A stretch of DNA of 64,000 bases from Candidatus Bathyarchaeota archaeon (GTDB lineage: Archaea > Thermoproteota > Bathyarchaeia > Bathyarchaeales > Bathycorpusculaceae). Positions 39,183-48,757 of the stretch are shown here, piece by piece. The first letter of the stretch is position 1, and each line of letters opens with the position of its first letter. The translations under genes and the position numbers were made by a program. Under the pieces are notes generated by a model. That model worked only from the letters and a program-made list of their open reading frames with translations. It had not been told where the DNA came from and searched no databases. The stretch is from contig OY970176.1 of NCBI GenBank assembly GCA_963707955.1, positions 320,001 to 384,000 on the forward strand, written 5' to 3'.

Positions 39183-40307
39183 ATGTTTTTCCATTTAATA
39201 CTGTCCACTGAATGCAATTCGAAGTGTAGGTATTGTTACGGTGAAGCGGTGGATGACATGGATGATGATTCTTGGGATGCTGAAGTTGATTATTCGCTGC
39301 CGCGAGAAATGAGCTACGATGTCAGTGTGCTAGATAGGTTTTGTAGGCACGATCCTGATTGTGTATTGACCTTCTACGGTGGAGAACCGCTGCTTTGCGT
39401 CGACTTGATCAGGCGAGTTATGGATGGTGTGAGAGCCAAGCTTTTCATGATCCAAACGAACGGTTTGCTCCTTGACCGCCTTGAACCAAGTTATGTTAAC
39501 CGTTTCCATACGATTCTGGTTTCGGTCGACGGTGATGAAAGCCTAACTGATTTCTACAGAGGAGAGGGCACCTTCAGGAAAGTTGTTGACAACCTAAGAC
39601 TGATAAAGCACAATGGTTTCGAAGGCGAACTCATCGCCAGAATGACGGTCATGGAAAACACTGATATTTACAAACAGGTGAGATGGCTTCTGGAGAACGA
39701 TGTGTTTCCTTTTTCTTCCGTTCACTGGCAGATAAACGCTGGGTTCTGGAAGAACGATTATGCACGGAGGGATTTCAAGAGGTGGAGCGAAGAAAGCTAC
39801 AACCCGGGCATACGAAAACTCGCTGAGTTCTGGGTTGATTGTATGGAAGAGAAAGGTGTTGTTCTCCGGCTCTATCCTTTGCTGGGTATTGCTCAGTCTA
39901 TTCTTTCGGGAGAAAAAGAAAGCCTCCTGCGCTGTGGAGGAGGATGGACAAACTATGCGATACAGACTGATGGCCATATCATTCCATGCCCAACGATGTG
40001 GGGAATGAAGGATTACTACCTGGGACACATCAGCACTGCTGACCCTTTAAAACTGAACAGAGTGTTTGTGGGCGAGCCGTGCACGAGGTGCAGCACTTTT
40101 GGTTTGTGTGGCGGCCGATGCTTGTATGCAAACGTATTGAAACGTTGGGGGTCTGAAGCCTATGGCCAAGTGTGCAAAACCGTGAAGAGCCTGATTGACG
40201 CAGTTTTGGACCAGCTGCCGAGGATACAGGAGCTTATTCATCATGGAAGGGTCAAGTTGAGAGACTTTGAATATGTCAAGTACAATGGTTGCGAAATAAT
40301 TCCGTAA
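39183..40307 (+). CDS. Radical SAM/SPASM protein (resembles AF0577/TIGR04084 family)
   Basis: CNSKCRYC, FYGGEPLL, QTNG, SVDG; SPASM cysteines CGGG..PCP..CTRC..LCGGRC..C; C-terminal CEIIP. Confidence 0.85.
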   Translation: MFFHLILSTECNSKCRYCYGEAVDDMDDDSWDAEVDYSLPREMSYDVSVLDRFCRHDPDCVLTFYGGEPLLCVDLIRRVMDGVRAKLFMIQTNGLLLDRLEPSYVNRFHTILVSVDGDESLTDFYRGEGTFRKVVDNLRLIKHNGFEGELIARMTVMENTDIYKQVRWLLENDVFPFSSVHWQINAGFWKNDYARRDFKRWSEESYNPGIRKLAEFWVDCMEEKGVVLRLYPLLGIAQSILSGEKESLLRCGGGWTNYAIQTDGHIIPCPTMWGMKDYYLGHISTADPLKLNRVFVGEPCTRCSTFGLCGGRCLYANVLKRWGSEAYGQVCKTVKSLIDAVLDQLPRIQELIHHGRVKLRDFEYVKYNGCEIIP

Positions 40308-40362
40308 CACGTCCTAAGATCTGAGAACTGTTATTAGGCAAACACCCGTAAATCGGTACAAG

Positions 40363-40698
40363 GTGAACCGTTTGTCTGTGACTCTTCGCGACGCTCAGCA
40401 TCTCTGCTGGAAAAACTTCAGGAAAATCAATGAGAAGCTCGACCCCGAAAGGGGCAGAGGTTGGACTCCGTTTGTGATGGTCACCGACCTTCTTGAGGAA
40501 GCAGGCGAAGTCGCTGCAGTGGTCAAGGGTTTGGAGAGGTTCAAGCCGCCAGAAAAACCCAAGACGAAGGATATGTTGGCCACTGAGCTTTCGGACCTTC
40601 TTTACATAATTTTCGTGTTGGCTGAGCATTATGGGATAGAGCTGGAAGAATCTTTTCTTCAGACTGTGAATGACTACATGCTGAGATTCATCAAGTAG
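40363..40698 (+). CDS. MazG-like nucleotide pyrophosphohydrolase
   Basis: LLEEAGEVA...ELSDLL...LAEHYGIELE. Confidence 0.88.
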   Translation: MNRLSVTLRDAQHLCWKNFRKINEKLDPERGRGWTPFVMVTDLLEEAGEVAAVVKGLERFKPPEKPKTKDMLATELSDLLYIIFVLAEHYGIELEESFLQTVNDYMLRFIK

Positions 40699-41080
40699 CC
40701 ATGTGCAAAGGTTTTCTAATGGAAGCTGCTGATTGCCATCCCTGTTTTTCATGGGAAAATGTTAGTTTTCCACGTCTCGCGCCCATGTGCAACATCTGAT
40801 TCTTTCAACATTCATCAAACAGCCTCAAAAAGTCAAATTATGACAAAAAGCATTGCTGGAGCGCAGGGTTTGATCGAGTGTGCTGTGGGGAAGCCCTCCA
40901 TTTGAGGGGGAAGGTTAAGCGAAGCTTGACGGGCGATAGACACGTGCAGATTCCTTGTCCTGTTTCCAACTTCTTGAATTCGGCCTGAATCCTGCTCCTT
41001 TTCCGAATCAGGAGTTAGAATCTCTGAGGGATAAGTTATTTATGTCTATTCATCGCTATTTTGTTTTTGGAGATGAGTGG

Positions 41081-41341
41081 TTGACTGAAGAAAACGTCGT
41101 CGAAGTGGGACAGATAACGCATTTTTTCCCAAAGATCAGCGTCGCTGTCATCGAACTCAGGAAACCTTTGAAGGTTGGCGACACCATAGCTGTAAAGGGT
41201 CCAACAACGGATTTTGAACAGCCTGTTGAGTCGATGCAGATCGAGCACAAGGACGTTCAGAAGGCCGAAGCAGGGCAAAGCATCGGCTTAAGAGTTGCCC
41301 AACGCGTAAGAGAAACAGACTTAGTGTACAAGAAGCTGTAG
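41081..41341 (+). CDS. Small translation-factor-domain-II-like beta-barrel protein
   Basis: VGQITHFFPKISVAV..LKVGDTI..KGPTTDFEQ.VESMQI..GQSIG..VRETD.VYK. Confidence 0.85.
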   Translation: MTEENVVEVGQITHFFPKISVAVIELRKPLKVGDTIAVKGPTTDFEQPVESMQIEHKDVQKAEAGQSIGLRVAQRVRETDLVYKKL

Positions 41342-41826
41342 GCAAGCCCCCCTTTTTCCACTGTTTGTCTGGCCGGTTCTTCCCAGTCAGTTGCGCATCC
41401 GCCTTCTGGAACAAAAATTATCGTTGCTTCATGCGAAAATAGGCATTCGCGGGTTTTCTCTTATGCTGATGAACATCTCTGACTTCGTGTATGCTTGAAC
41501 TGCAACTTGGTTGTAGAATCTGCCCGCGATGGGATGATGGACCATTTCCATGAGCGGCTTGAATCCTTTCACTGGAAACTCGCCGCACTTCACTCTTATC
41601 ATTTAGTCAACGGCATTGATGACATCAAGAATAGAAGCGCCATCACCGAAAGAAAGTCGCAGACCGCTAGGAAAAACCCTGCTTACATTGCTTTGTCTGA
41701 TAATCAAAGTGACGGCCTTCAAGAGACAACCCGCAGCATGACCTCGCATCAGGCAAATTTGGGTTGGTAGAACTAAATAATCCATCTTCGAAAAGTCTCA
41801 CATGAAAACGTAGGGTGACGATCGAC

Positions 41827-42077
41827 CCGCTAGGCAAAGGGACAGGCGTTTCTACAAGCTCTGAGCAAAGCGGACGAAACCAGAAGACCGCGCGAATGCA
41901 TAGTGCACCAAAAAGTTACGACCCTTGCCCAGACTCTCGGCCCAGCCCTCGATACGCACTTGGCCTCAAGCCCACACAAATCCAGTAGGGCCTTCATCAG
42001 CGCCCACGTGCAGTGCTAGTACCCTAGGGGGGAGGGTGGAATAGACGAGGCCAAAACGCGAATACAGGGATGTAGCG
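41827..42077 (-). repeat. Dispersed non-coding repeat, copy A (about 250 bp), homologous to 58382-58630
   Basis: Reverse complement shares cgctacatccctgtattcgcgtttt, tctattccaccctcccccctagggtactag, aaggccctactg, gcgtatcgagg, agagtct.ggcaagggt, ttctggtttc, gcctgtccctt. Confidence 0.9.
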
Positions 42078-42263
42078 GTCCCTGAGAATAGAAAAGAAGC
42101 AGTTGAAGGATGAAATGAAAATGCAAACACATGCCGAGTCCAGCCAGGGCACGTGCCAGATGGACACGCTGACAAACGTATACCTTCAACACACGGACTG
42201 GAAATTTCGACCTGACAACCCTGTGACCCAAACCTAGCCCGCGAGTGTGAGGAAACAAGCGGA

Positions 42264-43553
42264 CTATTTAACGATCTCGCCTGCGAGATAGGTTGGAAAT
42301 GCGCCTGTAACTCTTACATTCAACGTCTTGCCGAGCAAATTGTCAGCGCTCTTAACCGTGACAGGCTTGTACGCAAGATTGCGTCCAACCCAAGAACCTG
42401 AGGCCTTGCCAATTTCGTCGACGAGGATGTCACCTTTCCAGCCAACCCACTGCATGTTCTTCTCATGTGCTACCCGTCTCGCAAGAGCTGCTGCAATCCC
42501 GCTTCTGCGTTTGATGTCGAATGGAAATACGAAGTCTCTCTGCATCTCGACCGCAGCTGTTCTCGGTCTGGCAAAAAACTTCGACACATTAACTATATCG
42601 GGCTTCGCCTCTTCAATCAAACGCAAAGTGCGCTCAAAATCCTCTTCACCCTCACCTGGAAAACCGCAAATAACGTCTGTAGCAACAGTCAACTCTGGAA
42701 ACCGAGCCCTAAACGTGTCCACGACCCCTCTGAAATCATTAACAGAGTAAAATCGCTGCATCCGTCTCAAGATTCGATCGTCGCCACTCTGGACGGGCAG
42801 GTGAACGAACTTGAAAATCTTCCTTTCACGAAACACGTCGACCAGTTCGTCCAGGATATCCATAACCATGTTTGGAGTCATCATGCCAACTCGAACCCTG
42901 AAATCTCCATCAACCCTGCACAGGGAGTGCAGAAGCTCAACCAGACTTGTGCCAACGTCTCTTCCATAGCACGCAGTGTCCTGTGACGTCAGCCAAAACT
43001 CGCGAAAGCCCCGACCCACGTCTTCCACAACTCTTTCAACTATCTCCTGAACGGCGTAGCTTCGCAAGCGACCTCTTGCAAAAACTACGCAACAGTACGC
43101 ACATGAACCGAGACAACCATAGCCAATGGGGACGACGCTTACAACCGAGCTTTGCTGCAGCCGGGGCAGTGCAAGCGTGGGCATGCTTGATGAACGCCCA
43201 TCAAGAGTCATCACTTTCTCACCGCTCAGGACACCGCTCACAAGTTTAACGATCGTTTCACCAGCCGCTGGACCAGCAACTCCGTCAAACTTTACTTCTG
43301 CCAGTAGCCTCTCAAGATTGATCAACGGCAAGCATCCGGCAACGATCAACTTCTTGCCTTCAGAAACCCGTCTGCAAATCTCGATCATGCGATCTTCAGT
43401 TGGGCCCTTCACAGCACACGTGTTGTAAACAACCAAGTCGGCACTCGAAACCGAACCTACCAGCTCGTGCCCAGCCTCAGTTAGGCACCCAGCTAGAACC
43501 GCTCCGTCCGCCTGGTTTGTGGAGCAACCAAAACTTCGAACGAGAACTCGCAT
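42264..43553 (-). CDS. tRNA t6A37 methylthiotransferase (archaeal/eukaryal MtaB, CDKAL1-like)
   Basis: FGCSTN, NTCAVK, AGCL, GCLGSCAYC, SQDT, RVGMMTP, HLPVQSG; C-terminal TRAM domain. Confidence 0.92.
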   Translation of the reverse strand: MRVLVRSFGCSTNQADGAVLAGCLTEAGHELVGSVSSADLVVYNTCAVKGPTEDRMIEICRRVSEGKKLIVAGCLPLINLERLLAEVKFDGVAGPAAGETIVKLVSGVLSGEKVMTLDGRSSSMPTLALPRLQQSSVVSVVPIGYGCLGSCAYCCVVFARGRLRSYAVQEIVERVVEDVGRGFREFWLTSQDTACYGRDVGTSLVELLHSLCRVDGDFRVRVGMMTPNMVMDILDELVDVFRERKIFKFVHLPVQSGDDRILRRMQRFYSVNDFRGVVDTFRARFPELTVATDVICGFPGEGEEDFERTLRLIEEAKPDIVNVSKFFARPRTAAVEMQRDFVFPFDIKRRSGIAAALARRVAHEKNMQWVGWKGDILVDEIGKASGSWVGRNLAYKPVTVKSADNLLGKTLNVRVTGAFPTYLAGEIVK

Positions 43554-43759
43554 ACCATTCCATCGACACACCTTGAATGCTTCAACAAGGAATAAAAACA
43601 TAGGGGTTCAGGCACTAGAGAATTTACAGAAATCTGCGAGAGAAGTTAGGCAAGCTTTAAAAACCCAATGGCTGACATGTTAAAGGCATATTTACAGCAT
43701 GTTATAACGAAGTATAAGCGCACGCAGAGTTTTATAGCCCACACAGAGGGAGAGGTGCA

Positions 43760-43915
43760 TTGAAGTTAATAACACTCTACGTGCCCGAAACTTATCTGAA
43801 AGCCTTAGATCAACTAGTGGTCGAGAGGTTCTATCCAAACAGAGCTGAGGCTATCAGAGTTGCGATCCGTGACTTGATAAACGACGAACTTTGGAGGAGG
43901 GACCGAGTTGACTAA
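43760..43915 (+). CDS. cdrS: CdrS-like ribbon-helix-helix regulator (51 aa; not in ORF track)
   Basis: MKLITLYVPETYLKALDQLVVERFYPNRAEAIRVAIRDLINDELWRRDRVD*; TTG after GAGGTG; overlaps the ftsZ start as in archaeal cdrS-ftsZ2 operons. Confidence 0.85.
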   Translation: MKLITLYVPETYLKALDQLVVERFYPNRAEAIRVAIRDLINDELWRRDRVD

Positions 43916-45029
43916 AACGCGTCGTACCGAAAGCGCTCTCAACTACACTTGGCGCTACACGACGGATCAAGGAACTCAGCAACCCGATTACTGCCGTATT
44001 GCGGTGATAGGAGTTGGGAGAGCAGGCAACGACACAGTGACAAAACTGATGAACACGGGTGCGACCTTTGCCCACTGCATTGCCATGAACACTGACGCGG
44101 CGCATCTGAAAGCATCAAAGGCCAGCCAAAAGATTTTGATTGGAGAAAAACTCACTAAGGGCCGAGGGGTGGAGGGCGATCCTGTGCTAGGCAGGGCAGC
44201 GATCGAGGAGTCTAAAAAAAGTGCTGAAGACATGCTTTCAGACATTGACATTGCCTTCATAACCGCGGGGCTGGGCGGTGGAACGGGGGCAGGTGCCGCA
44301 CCAGTTGTTGCAGGGATTGCAAAGCGAAAAGGAGCGGTAACCATAGGTATTGTGACAATGCCGTTTAAAAAAGAAAAAGGCCGCGACAAGTATGCAGCCG
44401 AGGCTTTGGCGGAAATGCGGAGACAGTGCGACACGTTAGTGGTGATCGACAACGACAAGCTTATGCAACTTGTTCCTAACCTTCCAATAGGCGACGCCCT
44501 TAGAGTAGCGGATCAAGTCTTGGCAAACATGATAAAAGAGATCGTTGAAACGATCTCGACGCCAAGCCTTATCAACCTCGACTTTTCAAACTTCAAGACT
44601 ATTGTCACCCACGGCGGGATGGCTGTCGTCGGAGTCGGCGAATCGGATGCGCCGAACAGAGCAGAAGAGGCTGTGCGAAACGCTTTGAGAAACCCTTCGT
44701 TGGACGTTGATTATGCTGGGGCTACTGGGGCCCTGATACACGTCATTGGTGACAACCGTATGACCATTGAAGAGGCAAACCACGTCGGCGAAATAGTCAC
44801 AGAAATGATGGACAGAAATGCCCTCGTCATCTGGGGTGCAAGCGTGGACCCACAGCAAGAAGGCAGGCTGAAAGTCACCTTGGTAATGACAGGTGTGAAC
44901 TCCGCTAACAGCCTAAGAAGCGTTGGAGCAATAGCCCCACAGCTTTTCAATTTGGAACGAAACGCAGAACCTGAAAGGCCAATAGACATAAAACTAGATC
45001 TGTACCAAATGGAATCCGATTCAAAGTAA
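43908..45029 (+). CDS. ftsZ: Cell division protein FtsZ (divergent GTPase motifs)
   Basis: AMNTD, AGLGGGTGAGAAP, TMPF..E, IDNDKL, LINLDF, VIWGA, VMTG. Confidence 0.93.
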   Translation: MTKTRRTESALNYTWRYTTDQGTQQPDYCRIAVIGVGRAGNDTVTKLMNTGATFAHCIAMNTDAAHLKASKASQKILIGEKLTKGRGVEGDPVLGRAAIEESKKSAEDMLSDIDIAFITAGLGGGTGAGAAPVVAGIAKRKGAVTIGIVTMPFKKEKGRDKYAAEALAEMRRQCDTLVVIDNDKLMQLVPNLPIGDALRVADQVLANMIKEIVETISTPSLINLDFSNFKTIVTHGGMAVVGVGESDAPNRAEEAVRNALRNPSLDVDYAGATGALIHVIGDNRMTIEEANHVGEIVTEMMDRNALVIWGASVDPQQEGRLKVTLVMTGVNSANSLRSVGAIAPQLFNLERNAEPERPIDIKLDLYQMESDSK

Positions 45030-45191
45030 CAAAACAGTTCGTCGAAATAGCTCTTTAAGTGCCCTCCCTAAGCATGGCCCAACATCTTTTTTGCGGACAC
45101 AAGTGCGAATATCTGTGTTTGCCATATTGCCTAGTTTGAAATAACGCTCTAATGCCTTCTCGACTCTCGCTCTTGTAATAGAGGAAAAAGT

Positions 45192-45380
45192 ATGGTTGAC
45201 TGTCCAAAGTGCGGAGAGCCTATGGCGAAGGGAAAAAAAGGCAAGTACTTCTGTGAAAGCGCAAATTGTCCGGTCATATTTGTACGATGCCCTTCTTTCC
45301 CCAGCAGAACGAAGCTTGTCTCCTCATCATTAGCAACAACCATTCAGTCCGAAGCGTTCTCACCCCCACCGACTATTTAG
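45192..45380 (+). CDS. Putative zinc-ribbon microprotein
   Basis: MVDCPKCGEPM...YFCESANCPV; GAGG upstream. Confidence 0.6.
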   Translation: MVDCPKCGEPMAKGKKGKYFCESANCPVIFVRCPSFPSRTKLVSSSLATTIQSEAFSPPPTI

Positions 45381-45601
45381 GTCTGCAACGACTGAAGAGA
45401 ATCCAAACATGGACATGAGCAAATACAGTATTCCTTATCCATGGTTCTCGTTTGAAGAATATGATATTTGGCTTTAGGATAAAGAGCTTGCGAAATGCCT
45501 TTCTCAGCTTGTCCAACCGCAACACACAGGTTTGACGAGAAGTACTTTTGCAAAGCACATTGATAACAATAGTAAACGACTCTCTTTTCGCTTTTCTCCG
45601 C

Positions 45602-45748
45602 TGCGCGCGTTGAGCAGGAGCATGTGTGTTCCCAAATTTCCTTTTTAAAGCGTGAAAGAGTTAGGCTAGGCAAGCAAGCCGGTAAATGTTGAATCATATT
45701 TGGATCATATGGTGGACCCGGGGGAGGAAGAGTGAGAGCACAAGCAAA
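45602..45748 (-). repeat. Dispersed non-coding repeat, copy C, similar to 58715-58835
   Basis: Reverse complement ctcccccgggt....atatgatccaaatatgatt (19-bp exact match) and ggaacac...aacgcgcgca shared with the 58.7-kb copy. Confidence 0.7.
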
Positions 45749-46236
45749 CGGAAAACCCTAAAGGTTTAATGGCTTGCGGGCGGTTTCTCCAAACGCCCTT
45801 TTCAACCACGCTAGCACGCTACGCCCTCCAAGCGATGCTTGTTCGATCCGAGACAAATTACCGTCCAGATACTTGGCAAAGCCAGAAAAACAAAGCCCCA
45901 CAGACGAATTTGGGAACGCGCCTGCGCGATTGCTTAGGTGATGATCCAGTTGTCTGGATTCTGGTACAGCACTTTGGCATCGCCTTGCCACAGTAGGTCG
46001 GCAAGCACGAGAAATTCTTTGCTTGGAAGCCTCTTGCTCATGTCAATCATCCTTCTGAGTATCGTAAATTCTAATATAAACCGTGTTGCAGACATCAAAA
46101 CATATCCAATACTGACACATTCCACAGGCAAACTCGGCTTTCAAGACCTCAAAAAATATGTGAGAACTCGGCACTTTTGAAAAACGGTGCGAATGCCTAG
46201 CGTGATTACCATTGGCGTTCTGCTTCTCTGTTTTGT

Positions 46237-46896
46237 CTATGTTTCTCCTGCGGGCCCGAATCTCCTGCGTAAGACAGTGATCTCCCTTTTCAATCTCACA
46301 GCTAGAGGTATTGCCTTGCCGAAGGGTTGGCACTGTTTCCTTTTTATTGCGTTGACTATGTCATCGATGTCAGGCTCAGCATCTATCAGCGTGTAGGCGC
46401 AACCTATTTCAGGACCGTAATGGGCGTCGCTGCCGGCTACGCGTGCTATTTTAAGCCGAGAGGCAATCTGTTCACCACGCTTTACTGAGTGCCTGAAAGG
46501 AATCGCGGATGAGTTTATCACTTCGACGGCGTCAAACATTGAAGTCGTATGATTGCCCAAACTTCCTTTGAACATGGCTCCTGGATGACACGCAATTGTG
46601 ATTCCCCCCGCATTATGAATTCTGTCCACAGTTTCCTCGGCTGTCAGTCCCCTCGCCACTGGATCTTGAATGTTAAGTGCGAGGATGTGGCCGTCCGAGC
46701 TCGTGATCTCCATCCCTGGCAGAATGAGGAAATCTTTTTCCTTGGACATTCTTAGTGCGCTGTCAAGTCGGTCATGGTCAGTAACAGCAACGCCATCCAC
46801 ACCTCTTTTTTTGGCGTAGTACGCAACCTCCTTCGGTGTGATGAGGGAGTCGACCGAATAAATGGTGTGTACGTGTAGGTCGATCTTTAATCGCAA
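46237..46896 (-). CDS. PHP domain metal-dependent phosphoesterase
   Basis: DLHVHT, VTDHD, GMEI, GHIL, CHP, GSDAH. Confidence 0.92.
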   Translation of the reverse strand: MRLKIDLHVHTIYSVDSLITPKEVAYYAKKRGVDGVAVTDHDRLDSALRMSKEKDFLILPGMEITSSDGHILALNIQDPVARGLTAEETVDRIHNAGGITIACHPGAMFKGSLGNHTTSMFDAVEVINSSAIPFRHSVKRGEQIASRLKIARVAGSDAHYGPEIGCAYTLIDAEPDIDDIVNAIKRKQCQPFGKAIPLAVRLKREITVLRRRFGPAGET

Positions 46897-46919
46897 ATTC
46901 TCAAAGCCCCAGCGTGATT

Positions 46920-48617
46920 TCAGACCGCATTTGCCAATTTCTCCCTCACTTTTTGGAGCTTCTCTTCCAACTCTTTAGGGTTATCGTCTATTTTTCTGAA
47001 CAACGGTCTTGCCTTTGCAATCCTGTGGTCCGGTAGAAATGGCTTCAATGCTTCGTCCCATTTCTGTTGATGAACGCTTTCGGGCAAGTTGAGTGTCTTC
47101 CATATTTCTTCAGCCGCAACTGGAACGAATGGAGCTGAGGCAATTGCCAACGCCTTGACGACTTGAGCTGACACATATAAGACGTTCGCAGCTTTTTTTC
47201 TATCCTTTTTGATGAGGTTCCACGGTTCTTTTTCGTTCAGGTACTGATTTCCTATTCTGCTGATGCTTATCATCGTGTTTGCTGCGGACTGCAATCTGCA
47301 GGCTTCAATTTCTTTGGCGATTGTTTCTGTCTTTTCTTTAAGGGTATTCAGGATTTGTGCGGCATCTTCGTCTGGTACTTCAGCCTTGGGGATCACGCCA
47401 TCGAACTGAGAGCTGATGAACGTTAAGGTTCTGTGTATGAAGTTGCCGAAAGTGTCGTTTAGGTCGGCGTTAACCTTCTCAGTGAACAGGCCCCATGAAA
47501 AGTTTGAATCTTTCGTTTCTGGCCTCGTCGCCATTAGGAAGTAGCGCCAGTAATCTGCGGGAAAGAGCTCTAACGCTTCGTCAATCCAGATGCCCACCCT
47601 TTGGCTCTTGGAAGCTTTTTCGCCTTTGAACTGTAAGAATTCTGTCGCTGAAACGTTCCAAGGCAGGTTGTAGCCTTCGCCTGAGGCCAGCAACAGGGCT
47701 GGGAGGATTATCGTGTGAAAAGGAATGTTGTCTTTTCCTATGAAATAGTATGTTTTGGCCTCTTTGTTAAACCAGTACTCTTTCCATCTCTCCGGTTGTT
47801 CACGGTTCTTGAAGTATTCGATCGTGGCTGACACGTAGCCTAGGACGGCTTCTACCCACACGTAGATTTTCTTATTCTCTGCACCTGGGAAAGGGGCTTG
47901 AATTCCCCAAGTGAGGTCCCTCGTCACTGCTCTGGGCTTCAACCCTTCTCTTATCAGGCTTATGCTGAAGTTTTTGGTGTTGCTGGCTAATTGTTCATTA
48001 TTGCTGAGGTAGTCGCTGATCTGTTCGGAAAGCTTGGGCAGGTCAAAGTACCAGTGTTTAGTCGTCCTCAAGACTGGTGTGCTATTGCAGATGGCGCAGT
48101 AGGGCTCTATGAGCAGCGTTGTTTCTAGTAGTCTTCCACAGTTTTCGCACTGGTCTCCACGGGCGTGTTCATAACGACAGTATGGACATTTTCCTTCAAC
48201 GTACCTGTCGGGGAGAAAGCGACCACATTTCTCACAATAGAGCATTTCAGTTTCTTGCGTGAAAATATACCCGTTGTCATAGATTTTGGTCAGAAAGTCC
48301 TTAACGAATTCCTCGTGCACAGGGTTTTCCGTTCTCGTGTAGTTGTCAAAGGATATTCCCCAGACCTTGAATAGCTCAACAATCTTCGCGTGGTTTCTGT
48401 CCGTCAGTTCTTTCGGAGAGATGCCTAGCCGTATGGATTCGACCTCCACCGGGGTGCCGTGTTCGTCTGAGCCGCTGACCATGACAACATCTTCACCTTT
48501 CAACCGGCAGTATCTAGCGAACACGTCTGCGGACAGGATTGAACCTACCAGGTTGCCTAGGTGCGGAGTGCTGTGCAGGTAAGGCCAAGCGGACGTGACC
48601 AGCGTTTTGAGTCTCAA
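46920..48617 (-). CDS. metG: Methionine--tRNA ligase
   Basis: AWPY..PHLGN, GSDEHG, zinc knuckles, YVWVEA, GKDNIPFH, KASKS. Confidence 0.96.
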   Translation of the reverse strand: MRLKTLVTSAWPYLHSTPHLGNLVGSILSADVFARYCRLKGEDVVMVSGSDEHGTPVEVESIRLGISPKELTDRNHAKIVELFKVWGISFDNYTRTENPVHEEFVKDFLTKIYDNGYIFTQETEMLYCEKCGRFLPDRYVEGKCPYCRYEHARGDQCENCGRLLETTLLIEPYCAICNSTPVLRTTKHWYFDLPKLSEQISDYLSNNEQLASNTKNFSISLIREGLKPRAVTRDLTWGIQAPFPGAENKKIYVWVEAVLGYVSATIEYFKNREQPERWKEYWFNKEAKTYYFIGKDNIPFHTIILPALLLASGEGYNLPWNVSATEFLQFKGEKASKSQRVGIWIDEALELFPADYWRYFLMATRPETKDSNFSWGLFTEKVNADLNDTFGNFIHRTLTFISSQFDGVIPKAEVPDEDAAQILNTLKEKTETIAKEIEACRLQSAANTMISISRIGNQYLNEKEPWNLIKKDRKKAANVLYVSAQVVKALAIASAPFVPVAAEEIWKTLNLPESVHQQKWDEALKPFLPDHRIAKARPLFRKIDDNPKELEEKLQKVREKLANAV

Positions 48618-48757
48618 TGTGGCTCCAACATCCGTCGATGCGATTACTACACATTAGAAGTTCAATTACTTAGACTATTCGTTTCTCTTGCAACTGGAGC
48701 TTCCCGCTTTTAGTGATCCTAGAAAGGCGGTGCCCGCTTATACAGGAAACTCGTGAG

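Noticed and set aside
40850-40950. G-rich stretch (ggggaagccctccatttgaggggg) considered as an ORB or ncRNA
   Set aside because: Single copy, no ORB consensus repeat and no adjacent cdc6/orc1.
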